NCBI GenBank assembly: GCA_951406725.2
Contig: OX597814.1
Span: 174,716,001 to 174,780,000 of the forward strand
Source: Octopus vulgaris
Lineage: Eukaryota
DNA: 64,000 nucleotides
Direction: 5' to 3'
The translations under genes and the position numbers were made by a program. Position 1 is the first letter of the stretch. Each line of letters opens with the position of its first letter. The notes under the pieces are model-generated. The model did not search any database. It saw nothing but the letters and a program-made list of their open reading frames with translations, and was not told the origin of the DNA. Positions 24,835 to 38,586 of the stretch are shown here, in pieces.

Positions 24835-27800
24835 ACATATTTTTTAAATATGTACAGAGAGGATCATACATTAGTTTCATAAACATGCATGTCCTGTGAT
24901 TGAACCACAGAGCTTTTGGTAGCTTTGTATGTGCTGTATGTTTGTGCATTTGTTCACTTTCTTTATTGTCTTCTGTGTTTTGTGAATGGTTTACAGAGGA
25001 ATTGTCTGTAACTTCCAGTAATTATGTCTTCTGTATGTGAGATATATTTATGTTGTTGAGTGTAATAATTGGTTATATTTGATGTTCTCTAGTGCTGCTG
25101 ATAAGAATGAGACAATAGGTAACACTTTTAGTTTGTAATTTTGGAGCCAGGTTTGGAGGTGTTTGATGTAGCAATTGAGTGACTTTGCAGCTATATCTGG
25201 AGAACCATGGGGGGATGTCATCTACATATGAGGCTGTGTATATGTTAGGAAAACACATTAGTATAACTTGAAAAAAGTGGATAGAGGACAAATCCTGCAG
25301 TAACACAATTTGGGAAATTTGAAAGTTTTGGAAGTGTGGTCTTTGATATTTGGCTTAGTAATCTAACAGGTATTTTGCTAACAAACATGTTTGTTTGCTT
25401 CTTAAAGTGGTGTTATGTATTTTGTATATAAGTAGATAATAAGAATGAAGTTAAAAGTTTTGTTAATGTTTTTTGGAATTAGAATTGCATCAGAGAGGTC
25501 TTTTGATTTTATTTTTTTTCTGTTGAAAATTTCATGGATATTTTCTGTGTTAGGTTCTTAAGTGTAGTGGTGGCCTGTGTTAAGTTTGTATTGTGGTGGT
25601 CTGCATCTGTGTTACATTTGGTGAGGCATGTATGCAGGTTAGTAATATCAAGCAATGAGCTTTTCTCAAATGTCTGAGGGTGTAATAGGAACATGATGCT
25701 ACATGAATTGCTGTTTAGGGATTTTAGTATTATGGTTTTGCCAACCTTCCACATTCTAAGAATTCGACATTTTGTATAAATTGTTGATCTTGGTTAAGTG
25801 CAGTGATTCCTTCAGGTCCTATGTGCTTTAGATGTATGTCTGATTTCCGTAAAACCCTGAAACTTCAGAGTTTTTCAATTTCTATATTACTTTTCGGTGT
25901 TTGATGGAAGGAAAAGGTCAAGATCGTAGCTGAGCTGGAAGATACATTTTCCTTCCTTTCATATTCCTCTTTGTATGGTATTTGTCTCAAAGCATTTGCT
26001 TGTTATTGAAGTATTGCTGTATTATTCAAGGTAATTATTGTAATCTGATCACAGTAGTTGTATAGTTGTTGATGTTGCAAATTTATCTACAGCATTTTAC
26101 TATTTTGTGATTTGTTGGATACAAATGTTAACCAGTTTTCTGTTTTTTCTATGGTATATTTCTTTATTTAGTCATTTGATGATGAATTTTATTCCTATTG
26201 TGTGTGGTGTTGGTGCATTGTGTTTGAGATTGTCTTTAGTTTTAATCAGGATGGCTATTTATGTTTGAGTAATTGGGGTTCTATTTTTTATGCTGCCTTG
26301 TTTTTAAAAAAAAATTTTTTTTTTTATACGAGTGTCTATAATTAATTTGTTGAATGTATGTACTGCAGTCTCTGTGTTGGTGATTCTGTTTTTATATTCC
26401 ACGAATCTTAATCCAGTTTGCTGGTGGAACTGGTTTTACTGTGCATTTTTGTTTCCGAAGTTTGTAAAAGTGTTTTTGCTTTTTATTATTGATGCGTGAC
26501 TGTATTGTGATGGCAATGGATAAATGAACAGAGGAGAGTTTGGATCTTTTTGGCATGTGGTTGTAGAAGAAGGTGATGCTTAAGGAAAGAGTTATTGTAG
26601 TTGGCTTCACGAGGTGTGTGGGGGTGTTGAAGTTGTTTAGGATGTAAAGAGGGTCTAATTCTACTGCTACTGCTTTACCTCTTGCAGTACCAGTTTTTTT
26701 TCTGGAAGCCAGAATGTGTTGTACATGATATTTCTTCCAACTTTGATGTTTTATGTATTAATGTTATAGGTTCATTGGGGTTGTTTGTTTAGATCAGTGG
26801 CAGCATATTCTTTTATTCTTGTACTTGTTTTAGTCACTGGACTCTGGTAATGTTGCAGCACTGTTTTGAAGGGTTTAGTCAAACAAATTGAACCCTACAA
26901 ATTTGTTCAATTAAACCCTTCAAAGTGGTGCCGCAGTATTTAAATCTGGTATTTACTCTCTGATCTCTTTTTGCTGAACTGCTTAGTAGCATTTCTTCTA
27001 GATTTACATTCCGAGTTGAAATTTGTAGTAGGGCACAAGAAGCCATTTTGTATGAGATCTCACTGGTAGCCATTACCATGTTTGAGACAGGAGCAAGATC
27101 TTGCCTGCAACCATTTGCCATGCGTGAGACAACAGCAAGACTCTCGTCAGCAACAACAATTTAAGCAGGAGAATTAAGACATTCTTTCTCTTTCTTCCTT
27201 CTCACTTACGCTGAGAAACACTGCAAAGCTGGCAGCTCACAGAAGACTCTTATCCTGCTCTAACTTCACCTGTCTCCAGAGCTAATGAACCTCACATGAA
27301 CGGAGTATAACGAACCATGTGCTGCCATAAAGATGGCACTGGGAGCAAGCCACATGAATGACTATCTAATTGCACTCCGCTTGTAAACTTCTTCATGTTC
27401 CAGATCCTTAAGACTACAGAAATAATTGTAATGGGAGAAGAAGATACTCCACAGATATCACAAGCCTTCAATTCCATTATAAATTCATCTAAGGTTGACA
27501 TCATCTTTCTTCCTTTCAGAGTTCATAAAATAAGTGGGCTCAATGTAATCAACTAACCCCTCCTTACAAATTTCAGGCTTTGTGCCTTTAGCAGAAAAGT
27601 TTATATTTTGAAAAACATACATTTCTTAGTGGAAAAATACTTCACCATGACAAACCTACATCATTCAACTCAATGTAACCATCTCATTTTTTCTGAAATA
27701 TATTCAGGATTAATTTAAATTGCAGAGTAAGAATGAAGATTTGGCTGCCAATTATAATAGTCTGAGTAACTTCTTAGAAGTTCTTTTGCATTTGAATCCA

Positions 27801-29994
27801 GCACAGGCTTGTGCTTGTTTCAAATGTTCCTGTGAATATAGACCTGCAGTAGTCTCAATTGTGGCAGTTGGTATATTGTAACATCTGGTATAAATGGTAG
27901 AGATCAAATAAATAGTATAACAACACAAAGTTAACTAAATATAATTGTTTCCCCGCAATACATTGCAATAGCAGCTATAATAAGATGGCAGGGACCAACA
28001 CATACTCACTCCTTCATAGTTTTCATATGCAACCTTCAAATAAAGTGATTGTTACATAGCAAAAGTTTTACCTTTGAATCCCCTGCCTTGCTGACAAATT
28101 ATGTCAAATGTGGAAGATGTTCATTATGCATAACACTACACAGTATGTGATATGATCCATTCTGTTTATATAAATTTATTTAGTCCTGATATGAAGATTG
28201 CATTGGATAATAAGAACATGTGATTAGCTTTTGAACTTCATTTCACCTCATCCTCATCAAAGAAGTGTAGAACTGAAACATGTCCAAAGTTGTCTCCCTT
28301 ACAAGCTGAACACATGAATATATTAGTCATTGACTGATAGTGTTTTCTTTTCCCCTCACTTCATATTGATTTCTAGTTAGCTGTCAGATATTCCTTGTAT
28401 CAGATGCCAGTAATACTTGAGTATTGTGATAGGTGAATAAATAATACTTACCTATCACAATATAACTGCGTTAGTTTTTAAAGTGGAAGGAAATTGTCCA
28501 AGGCTCCTGGCGGCAGAAAGAGTTGGATAAATGAGAATTGAGACCATTTATCTTAAACTTTAAAGTTTTAGAAATGATAAAAAATCCTCTCATTTTTAAA
28601 GTGTTAATATTTAAGAAAAAAAAACATTCATCCATAACAATATTATATATGGCCTTTTGTTGTGTTTCAAACACACAGTTTAATAAAGGAAAAGGTTGTT
28701 TTACTTAATCTTGCACAAGTCTTGATTACTTTTCAATTGTAACTCATATGTGATATATTTTATTAGAAATATGTCCCAGAAGAATTAAAGACAGTAGCCC
28801 CATGTCACATAGTCTTTTCGCTTTATTTTTTCTGAAATTTTCTATGCTAGTAGATCTTTATTGTTTTTTTTCTATTAGATCTTGATAGTAGAAGTATCAG
28901 GTCATACTGTTCTATGTATGTACTGTTGTGCCTGTGTACACACTCACTCTCTGTCTCCTATATTGGGTGCCAGGCACTGGATAAGTTCAAAGCTAACCAA
29001 TGTTAGCTTTGATTTTTCATTTTATTTTAAGTCAATAAAATAAGTATGTGTAATATACATCACTGTAGTTCAATCAACTATACTTCTTCCTGTTACATGT
29101 GCAAGCGTTCGTGTATAGTCATATGCACACATGGATACACAAGTTCACACTCATATATGCACTTGAATAAGCAGCTGCACACACTTTTACACACGTGCAC
29201 ATACTCTCACACATCAACACACACACTCAAACACACTCACTCATGCATGCTCTTTTCCACTCATGTATACTTGCACTCTCTCATATACACTTGTAATCAC
29301 TCATGCACACCATCTCTGATGTACACTCATACACTTTCTCTTATATGCACTCTCTCCCTCTCTCATGCATGCTCACATCCTCTTGCTCTCTGTCTGTCTC
29401 TCCCTCTCTCACATACACACAATCACATACACACAAGAATGTTGATCGTACTATTTCTATAAACCAATAATACACATAAGCTACAAAAAAAAAGTTCATT
29501 TATCTGTCTAATGTAAGATGTGTTGAAGTGGTTTTAAAAGCATCCACTTCAAATGATGCACAACTACTGTCTGTGATCATATTAGCATCAAAAACCATTT
29601 ACTAACACGCACGGCAGCACTATAAATATCTTGGTAAACTTATGTGATGCTGTATACTTTGTCTTTGAGTGCTTTTACATGGTTTTCTTTCATACCATGA
29701 AAACATTATTGTCTCTAAGTCAGTAATAGAAATTGTAACCTATTTCATATTTATTGATGCTTAAAGAGTAACATATTTTCACCCATCGTCTTGAATGATG
29801 CCACACCTAGAATAGAGATAGACCCAAAAAAGAATTGAACAAAATGGTAATGGTGTTGTTTAGCTGCAAGTTAGTCCTAATTGAGCAGACTTATGATTGA
29901 AGGCATACCAGCTGTGATTATCTTGAGGGAGGTTTAGCTGCTATTTCTAGCAGGTCTAGTGACCACAAATAAGCACATGCCTGTGTGTGTGTGT

Positions 29995-30372
29995 GCAGGT
30001 GTGGCTATGGGGCTGAGAAGCTGGCTTTCTTACTATGTTGTTTTGGTTGCAGTCTCACTGTGTGGTACTTTGAGCAAGTGCCTTCTATCACAACCCTGGG
30101 CCAACCAAAGTGCATGTATGTGTGCATGCATGCACCCTTAATCTTCACAAACATCATGTGATAGTTGTAAACGAGCATCATCATCATACACATGAGTTTG
30201 TTTGTTTCTAGTCTTCTGTAAAGAACATGTTTAGCTATGGGAAAATATTGCCTTGCTTGGAAACAGGTGAGGGTTGATGGCAGGAAAGGTACATGACCAT
30301 AGAAAATCTGCCTCGACAAATTCTGTCAGACCCATTGAAGCATGGAAACATGGACATTACATTATGATGATG
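29995..30372 (+). mobile_element. SINE family A variant ending in an RTE-type tail
   Basis: Family A head, then CTTGCTTGGAAACAGGTGAGGGTTG..CAGGAA..AGAAAATCTGCCTC..(GAT)n. Related pieces at ~31935-32170, ~37185-37310 and ~40245-40490. Confidence 0.7.
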
Positions 30373-30949
30373 GTATAGTGTAACATTGAGCAAAGAATGT
30401 AACTGTTTGGTTTCAATCTGCCTGACTAAAAACTGGTTTTGGTCTTAGGTGATGAGTCAATGCTTTAATTGTATTAAGTGTATATTAAACTGTAATTGTT
30501 CTATTAATATGCATGTTTGAATTTTCAAATATCTTAATCATGCTAGCTTAATGAGACTGGTTGTAGAATAACAAAAAATAGATATTTCTATTTCTAGTAT
30601 AGGCAACAAATATTTAGGGAGGTGTCCTCATCATCATCTTTATCATTTAATATCTGTTTTCCATGCTGGAATGAGGTGGATGGTTTGACAGGATCCCATG
30701 TGTTGCAGGGCTGCATCAAGCTCCAGCGTCTATTTTGGCATAGTTTCTATGGCTGGATGCCCTTTTCTAACACCAACCACTTTACAGTGTGAACTGGGTA
30801 CCATTTTTCATGCAGCCAGCACCAGTGAGGTTGCCAAGTAATTTGCATGACACAAAATGAACGGGGAAAAGAGTAAAAGAAACTAAGTGGGAGGAGTATT
30901 TGGGAGGGAGGGGTGGTATGATAGAGGGACAAGCACAGGTGTCATGCTA

Positions 30950-31552
30950 TAAGACCTTTGTCAGCCACTCTCCAACTATCTATTTAAAGCTGTATAAGGC
31001 TATGCATCACCAGTCTGGAACCTCTATCTCACTCAACATATCAATTCCTGGAAACTGTTGAGAAACATACAATCAGATGAAGACCCGCTGTCAGGCATCT
31101 ACCATACACTGAATATCTTGCTTCTTTGGGCATGGACACATTAAAGCTCTGATATCTGACAACTGACTTAGTAGACACCCACAAGATTATCCACCATCTG
31201 TCCAACAACAACCTTGGACACCTTTTTTAATTCTATATGTTTAACACTCATTGACATGCTTACAAAATCAAAATACAACACAGCACCCATGACTTTCAGA
31301 AACATTTTTTTCGTGCTCAGAATTGCTGAAGTATGGAATAATCTACCAGCATCAGTAGTTGGCTATTGAGACATTATAACCTTCAAAACTTCTAAGCTTC
31401 CTGAAATTTGGCAGTGCACTTGATGTCCCGCCACTCTTGTTTTTTTGACAATTCATTCATTGTTCACTTCCTGTGCATTATGATGCACTTTTGGCTACTT
31501 TTTCTGATAAGTTAGAGTGCACCTGAGCACTGTATACAATGAGTTCATTATT
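30950..31552 (+). mobile_element. CR1 LINE 3' end, older copy
   Basis: Homologous to 8243-8938 (GCATCACCAGTCTGGAACC.., GGGCATGGACACATT.., GTGCACCTGAGCACTGTATACAAT). Confidence 0.82.
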
Positions 31553-32169
31553 GTGTTGGAGGTAATAACAGAGGTGATACATGGCTGTCTCCCATTATAT
31601 CAGTGGATGAAAGATATAGGAAAGGGCAAGTGGAGAGCAATTAAAGTAAACCCAGTACTTGATTCGTATTTATTTTATTGGGCCCATCCCCCCAAGAGAT
31701 GAAAGACAAAATATAATTTACTTAGAAATTAACAAATGCATATGTTTTGGATATTTGTCAAAACAGGTGTTAGATTTCCTTTTAACTGTAGTAAATCATC
31801 AACCAGGTATATAGTAATGTGTGTGTCTGTGTGTGTATACATGTTTATATTTATGTATGCAGCTTATGTGTTTGTACAAACATGTGTATGTATGCATGCA
31901 TATATGTATGCACATGCGTGTGTTTGTAAGTACCCTTATCTTGACTTCATGGTTGTACACAAGCATCATTGTCATACAAGTGATGTTGTTAATTTCCAGG
32001 CTTCTGTGAAAAGACATGTCTGACCATCAAGAAATATTATCTTGCTTGGAAACTGGAGAAACTTGGTGACAGGAAGGGCATCCAACTGTAGAAAATCTGC
32101 CTCAACAAATTCCATCTGACCCATGCAGGGATAAAAAGTGGATATTAAATGACAATGATGATGATGATG

Positions 32170-32470
32170 ATCATCATCATCATCATCATTTAGCGTCCAC
32201 TTTCCATGCTAGCATGGGTTGGACGATTTGATTGAGGACTGGCGAACCAGATGGCTGCACCAGGCTCCAATCTGATCTGGCAGAGTTTCTACAGCTGGAT
32301 GCCCTTCCTAACGCCAACCACTCTGAGAATGTAGTGGGTGCTTTTAGGTTCCACTGGCACGAGGGCCAGTCTGGCAATACTGGCAACAGCCACGCTCAAA
32401 TGGTATTTTTTACGTGCCACCTGCACAGGAGCCACTCCAACTGCACTGGCAACGACCTCGCTTGAATGTT
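32170..32470 (-). mobile_element. RTE LINE 3' tail fragment
   Basis: (CAT)n tail abuts the (GAT)n tail of the + strand element ending at ~32170. Confidence 0.85.
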
Positions 32471-33334
32471 TTCTTTGTGGTGATATTATAATTCACATCA
32501 TTCTACAAATGTCATATTCAAAAGGACTCTGCGTATTCACATAACTTTCTCAATATATACTTGTCACCCTTTAAACCATTTTCCCCTGTGTTCACATAAC
32601 ATATTACATGCAACATGAGTATGAACTGTGTATGTAAATCCATGCAAAAGCAGAATACTCTCTCACTTCAAACTTGTAGTGTGTTTGTAGTCTCTGGTCA
32701 TCTCGTCTGTTTTCACTTTGTCGCTAGTTTAATGACTTCAAACATTTAGAAAGTGGCATTCATGTTACACAAGCGTTTGATGTGCGGATATCTTCTGCAG
32801 TCTTGTACAAATGAGCCATTTATATATATTTGATGCACTTTTGTGTATATTACATGTGTCGATGTGAATTGTTGTGTACATTACTTTGAACTGCTATTTT
32901 GATACTACTTTGAGCTATTGTATATTAATAAATAATCCCACTCTATAGACCAGCACAACAATAAACTACTGGTGAGAAAATGCCGAAATAAGCATTTGTA
33001 TGTATGCAAATACAATTACTACATTTGTTGCCTTCTCTGACAACATATACATGTATTTATAAATATTTAACCTTACAACGTATACATTATCATCAACGTT
33101 TAATGTCCATCTTCTATGCTAGCATGGGTGGGACTCATCATCACCGTTTGTATATATATAAATTTGTGAGAGGCAATATTTATCCCAACTTAAACATGGA
33201 TGTTCTGTTGGAACAAACTATACTGTGGTAGATGCCACAAGAGAAGTGCATTTTGCACCAATTGCCAATTTGTAAGTTTCTGTCATGGTATCTGCTGCAA
33301 TATAGTTTGTTCTAACAGAACATCCATGTTTAAA

Positions 33335-33713
33335 TTCTTTTATTCTTTTACTTGTTTCAGTCATTTGACTGTGGCCATGCTGGGGCACTGCCTTTAATTG
33401 AACAAATTGGCCCCCAGGACTTATTCTTTGTAAGCCTAGTACTTTTTCTATTGGTCTCTTTTGCCGAACTGCTAAATTACGGAGATGTAAGCACACCAAC
33501 ATCAGCCAAGTGATGGTGGTGGGGGGGACAAACACAGACACATATATATGACAGGCTTCTTTCAGTTTCCATCTACCAAATCCACTCACAAGACTTTGGT
33601 CAGCCCAAGGCTATAGTAGAAGACACTTGCCCAAGGTTCCACGCAGTGGGACTGAATCTGGAACCATGTGGCTGGGAAGCAAGCTTCTTACCACACAGCC
33701 ACTCCTGCTCCTA
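33335..33713 (-). mobile_element. SINE family A, full length
   Basis: Colinear with the other family A copies. Confidence 0.88.
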
Positions 33714-33729
33714 TAAATGGGGCTAAATA

Positions 33730-34586
33730 TTAACCCCTTATTGGATCAATTATTTTGACATGGCGTTTCATTTCAGAGCATATTTTTTAATTTCCTTTTT
33801 TAATTATATACACTGTGTTAATTACAAAAAAAAAAGTTTTTTATCTTGTTTCCTTTATGTTTTATTATAGAAATTAAAATGTACTTTTACTCATTTGGAT
33901 TTAAACAAGTTAACTCGGGCATTGAAAAAATACATATATATTAACTATCTTCAATTTTTTTATAAAATGTATTGCTTTTAAATCAAAGGGAAATTTTTTT
34001 TAAATGAGATAGTTTATATAGAATGATAATTTTTAAAACAAGGAGTTACTCACAAAGTTATCTTGTAGACATCACACATGTATTTGCTTTCTCTTTGAAT
34101 CTTCTTTCCTTTAGCGTCTCTCTTCTCTGCGCATTTTGCACACTGTCTTGTAGGGTTCTTTTTCTTATCACTTGATGGTATTTCCATGGGAAAGTAACCA
34201 GCTGGGGCAAATCTTGTTGGTTGTGGGATCAATGATGGTCTTCCTGGTTTCGTTGGAGGCAATAAGGGTCTATATTTTTCAATAACCTTGGTGATTATTT
34301 GCATTCTAAATTTCAGTGCTTTCATAGCAGAAGCTGAAGTTTCCAAAGATGCTTTATGCAAAACATAAGCATTCTAGATAGCTAAATCCATCAAATGAAA
34401 AAATACTTATTTTTTTCAACAACGAGAGTAAATTCATGATTGCTCAAAAATGAAACGACACAAAACAAATAAACTCATTTGAGTGCTAAAATTAAAAGTT
34501 AATTTTGACTTATTATACTCATCTGGTTCTAAAAAGATACATTTGCGATGCACGAGTAAACTCGGGATAATCCATTAAGGGGTTAA
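33730..34586 (-). mobile_element. Internally deleted piggyBac retaining the transposase C-terminus
   Basis: TTAA-CCCCTTATTGGA ... TCCATTAAGGGG-TTAA. Minus strand: VFFHLMDLAI*NAYVLHK..FRMQII..NPTRQCAKCAEK..RESKYMCDV, the end of the DDD domain and the Cys-rich domain (ORF 34050-34361). Confidence 0.9.
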
Positions 34587-35254
34587 CTCTCAGTATATTG
34601 CTAATATATATTTTTTAACACAACACCAACACCTATTCTGGCACTGTTTTTATATATATTGCTATCTTTTGTGGTCGAACATCCATCATTGACATGACCA
34701 AGGAAGGTTGAAATCATGTGATCTGGTGGTTTCAGCATTGGAGGTGGCAGGGTTTATCTCCAGACTAGCAATATAAACAAGAGTGCATTTTGCACCAAAA
34801 AGCCAATATGAAAGTTTCTCTCGTGGTATCTACCACAGTATAGTTTGTTCTAACAGAACATCTGTTTGAGATAAATATTACTTCTTGGTATTATTACTGC
34901 CTCTGTCACAAACATATATATATATAAATTTGTGTTTGCTTTTCTTTTTCAGTTTCTACATCAATCACAATACCAAGAAGACTCAGTGGGAACCTCCACA
35001 ATGGGAGACAGCAGATTCTACCACACACCAATCTGCTTCAACAGTGAGTGTCTCTTTTTTAATTGAAAATTTATGATTTGTAAACATTAAATAATTTTCT
35101 CTAATGGGCACGTTGGGTTTGCCGGTTGTTATGATAGGGATTCCTTTATTTCTCTTTCTTACTCTCTGCCATAACTTCTTTTGGGTACACCAATTCCACA
35201 GATTGCTCTCATGCTTGCAGATAGCTAGTCAGTGTTATTTTCATTCATTATATT

Positions 35255-35710
35255 TAATACTTTAGCTTTTAAACCAGCCTTATTTGGCCCAAATATTCTT
35301 ATTTCTTTACTACCCACAAGAGGCTACACACACAGGGGACAAACAAGGACAGACAAACGGATTAAGTCGATTATATTGACCCCCAGTGCTTAACTGGTAC
35401 TTATTTAATCGACCCCGAAAGGATGAAAGGCAAAGTCAACCTCAGCGGAATTTGAACTCTGAACGTAGCGGCAGACAAAATACCGCTAAGTATTTTGCCT
35501 GGCGTGCTAACATTTCTGCCAGCTCACCGCCCAAATATTCTGTTTGCTTTATATTCAAACTAGCCAGATCTGGCCTCTTACACTTACCCAATGATGTCAT
35601 TCTGAAAATAATCACATTAACAAAATATTGACCCTACAAAATGATGCATGATTAATTCAAGACAAATAAGCATTACATTTGACAGAGTAATCTGAATGCT
35701 AAAGGGTTAA
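35255..35710 (+). mobile_element. piggyBac MITE M2 containing a family B SINE (35300-35528, minus)
   Basis: M2 sequence on both sides, ending AATGCTAAAGGG-TTAA; SINE TSD GCCCAAATATTCT at 35287-35299 and 35529-35541. Confidence 0.85.
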
Positions 35711-38438
35711 TATTGTTCAGTATGAGCTGATGATCATACTGATGTGCTTGCATGGGCTCCTTCAGGCATGCTTACCTGAGGGCAGCCATTTCTCTTCATG
35801 GACACCTGCTCTTAAATCTTGTCATAAATCATCACACACAAACTTATCAGTTAAAGAAATTTCAGAGTTTTATCTATCTATCTGTCTGGTCAAGTTACTT
35901 GCCTAGTCCAATACAACTCTTCCACACCAGATGTCCTGATCTTCAATAGCAATCTTCATAACCTCAACCTGATATCCAGTGTCTTCCACAAGTTGATCAA
36001 TATGATCTTCTTTGTCTGCTGTTTCTTGGCTCTTTGACTCAAATCAAAGAGTAGTGTCTTCTCATCAGCTTAATATCTGACACAATCCTTATTTGGGGCC
36101 ATCAGTGTTAAACTGGTTTTTAGAATTAGGAGATGAGTGAGGGACTTCTTTCACTTTGCCATGAGTTGGCCTGGTATTTCAGTGCTTCCAGGATTCATAA
36201 GAACACAAATAATTCCTTAAAGTGAGTCTATGATAATGCTTTGAGTCATAAAATGCTTCGTTTCTATTATCTAATGTTGATTGTGGTATGTAACTTTTTA
36301 TAAAAACATTAAGCTTATTAGAGTATGAATTGGGTTTTGTTTGAAACTGTTTTGAAACATAACTTGGCATTTTCCTTTCTATTTTTTTCTTTTTCATTTT
36401 GTGTGTGTTGTCCTAAAGAATTAATTAATTTTGTTAGCTAACAATCTAAGAAGAGGGTGGGGAGTAAAAGTTGTTCATCAAGAAATACAGGAATATTGGA
36501 AGCTATTTGTTGCTGAGATACGTAAACAGATTTATGGATTTTTCACCAATGATTTTGTAATTCTTGTGTGCTGCACAAAGGCATCCAATTTTACTAGTGT
36601 ATTGCCTGTGGCTAGATTACATGACTGTCTTTCAAAGTATCAACATCAATTTCAATATTTTAGCTTCCACACAAATTCTTTGCATAGGATTTATTGAGCC
36701 ATTGCTGAAGCTACAAACATTCAGTTTGTCTTGTGTCTACAAAATTTCTGTTTCTTCTCATGAATCTTGTCAGTATTTCATTCTGAATGAATTTCTTGTT
36801 TATATCCTATCACACTAAATACACAAAGGAAAATATTTTATTTAGATTTTTGTTGCATTTACTGATTGCTGTTTTTATCTATGGATGTGAAGAACAGCTC
36901 TAAAATGCCAGTTTTTTTTGGTGTAATTAGTTTTTCTGTGTACCAGTTTAGAGAATTATATATCTATTTGTTCATTTCATTATAACAATTGGGAAATGAT
37001 ACCATCCTTGGTTACAAGTTTCTAGTGAGCCAGTCACTCATTCACTGTATTCCTAATGGTCAGAGGAATAAAGGAGAGTCTGTAACTCAATGAAGAACAA
37101 ATATTCCAGAATACTTTTAACAAGCACCAGTTTTTCAGTTTTCTCACCAGTCCTTATACCTTCTCCAAAACACACACACATATATTACCTTGCATGGAAA
37201 CAAGTGAGGATTGGCAACAGGAAGGGCATCCAACAGAAGAAAACCTGCTTCAGCGAATTCCATCTAACCATGCAAAGACGAAAAAGTGGATGATAAAATG
37301 ATGATGATGATAAATACAAAGAAATATGATGGGCTTCTGTATAGTTTTCCTTTATAAAATTTCATGGACAAGGTATTGGCCAACCTTAGGTTATGATAGG
37401 AGTTACTTGCACAAATTGCCATGCAGTGAGATAGAACCTGGAATCACATGATTGGAAGGTGAGCCTCTTAGTTACACAACCATACTACATCTATTGTAAA
37501 AGTTTTAGAGGCATACATTTTTATTGAGTGATTTTTCTTCATAATTATTCCAACATAAATTACAAAATTCAGCTAATTAATTATATGTTTATATCTAAAC
37601 GAATGAGCAACTAATGATCTCATGATTTTGATTACTGATATTATTCTCTGAGAGGTAAGCTGGCAGAATCATTAGCATGTCTGACAAAATGCTTAGCAGC
37701 ATTTCTTTCATCTCTTTATGTTCTGAGTTCAAATCCTGCCAAGATCAACTTTGGTTTTCATCCTCTCAGTACTGGTGTTGATGTAATTGACTTGCTCTCC
37801 CCATCTCATAATTGTGCCAAAATTAGAAAGGTTGTTATTTTCTCATTCTAACTTGAGTATTTAGCTTCCCTTCCTCAAAGTTCCTTTAAAACATCATCAT
37901 TTTACATTTGCTTTCCAGGTTGGCATAGGTTTCATGGATCATCAGAATTCAAGTCAATTCTCTATATACCTAGAGAAAAATACATTCATACATGTTGAAA
38001 TAACATGCTAACACTGTGTTAAGAATGGCTTAATGAAATATAATTAAAAATTAATCTGGTCATTTGTAGAAGATTCTTCAGACATTTTATTTTTGATTTT
38101 TGTCTTTTATTAATTATGGTAATGTGAATCAAATTCTTAATTTGTTGAAACTTCCTCTCGCACAAAAGGCAGAGATATTCTTAAAAGAACACTTGAGCAA
38201 AAAAAAAAAAGAAAAAAGGTAATTTAAATCTCCTATTAGATAGATGTAATCTAAATCATCTCAAGATTTTTTTTTTTTTTTTTTTGAGAAGCAGAAAATT
38301 ATTTTAGGGAAAAAAAAAAACAGTGAAAGGACTCTTTGAGTCTGTGTTTCTGTGTTATTGGCATGATGATGTTTTATAATTGTAACCACAAAGTATTTAT
38401 TGCAGCTTTGAAACTTCTCTAATTTCTGTTTGTTTCAG

Positions 38439-38558
38439 CTCCTGAATCAACCAAACCAAGAATCAACAAGTACTCGATTAGATAACCAACAAGTTGAAAT
38501 TCCATTACACTCTTTGGATGCTAATGGACATGTCCAGATCAATGAGCATGAAACTGAG
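38439..38558 (+). CDS. Internal coding exon (120 bp, phase 0/0) of an unidentified host gene
   Basis: Acceptor ctctaatttctgtttgtttcag| and consensus donor GAG|gtaagt; open frame LLNQPNQESTSTRLDNQQVEIPLHSLDANGHVQINEHETE; non-repetitive; phase-compatible with the next exon. Confidence 0.8.
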
Positions 38559-38586
38559 GTAAGTTGTTACATGATAAAAGTTGACT

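Larger units (their letters stand above)
21525..25051 (+). repeat. Local direct duplication: 21525-22023 repeated at 23993-24933 (with a SINE insert), and ~23877-23994 repeated at ~24931-25051
   Basis: Direct comparison: ATAAATAC(C/T)ACAAGAACAGATGTG ... AGAGCTTTTGGTAGCTTTGTATGTG occurs in both copies, as does TATGTTTGTGCATTTGTTCACTT ... GTATGTGAGATAT. Confidence 0.93.
23180..26790 (-). mobile_element. Decayed I/Jockey-group LINE ORF2 (APE + RT)
   Basis: Minus-strand remnants in the expected order: ARGKAV..LNNFNTPTH and SSVHLSIAI (APE), HLKHIGPEGITAL..MWKVGKTIILK..TFEK (RT N-terminus), LQGFVLYP-like (GVPQGSVLSP) and TASYVDD (YADD). Interrupted by the duplication and by SINEs. Confidence 0.78.
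33150..34930 (+). mobile_element. Penelope-like retroelement remnant (inverted plus direct terminal repeat) in (TA)n, with nested SINE and piggyBac
   Basis: Inverted pair 33190-33245 / ~33277-33333; a direct second copy of the right arm at ~34782-34880; degenerate hammerhead-like string at 34689-34723; (TA)n at both ends. Confidence 0.6.

Noticed and set aside
26975-27400. Possible Gypsy gag remnant
   Set aside because: Only a vague Cys/His pattern; no LTRs or pol motifs are recognisable.
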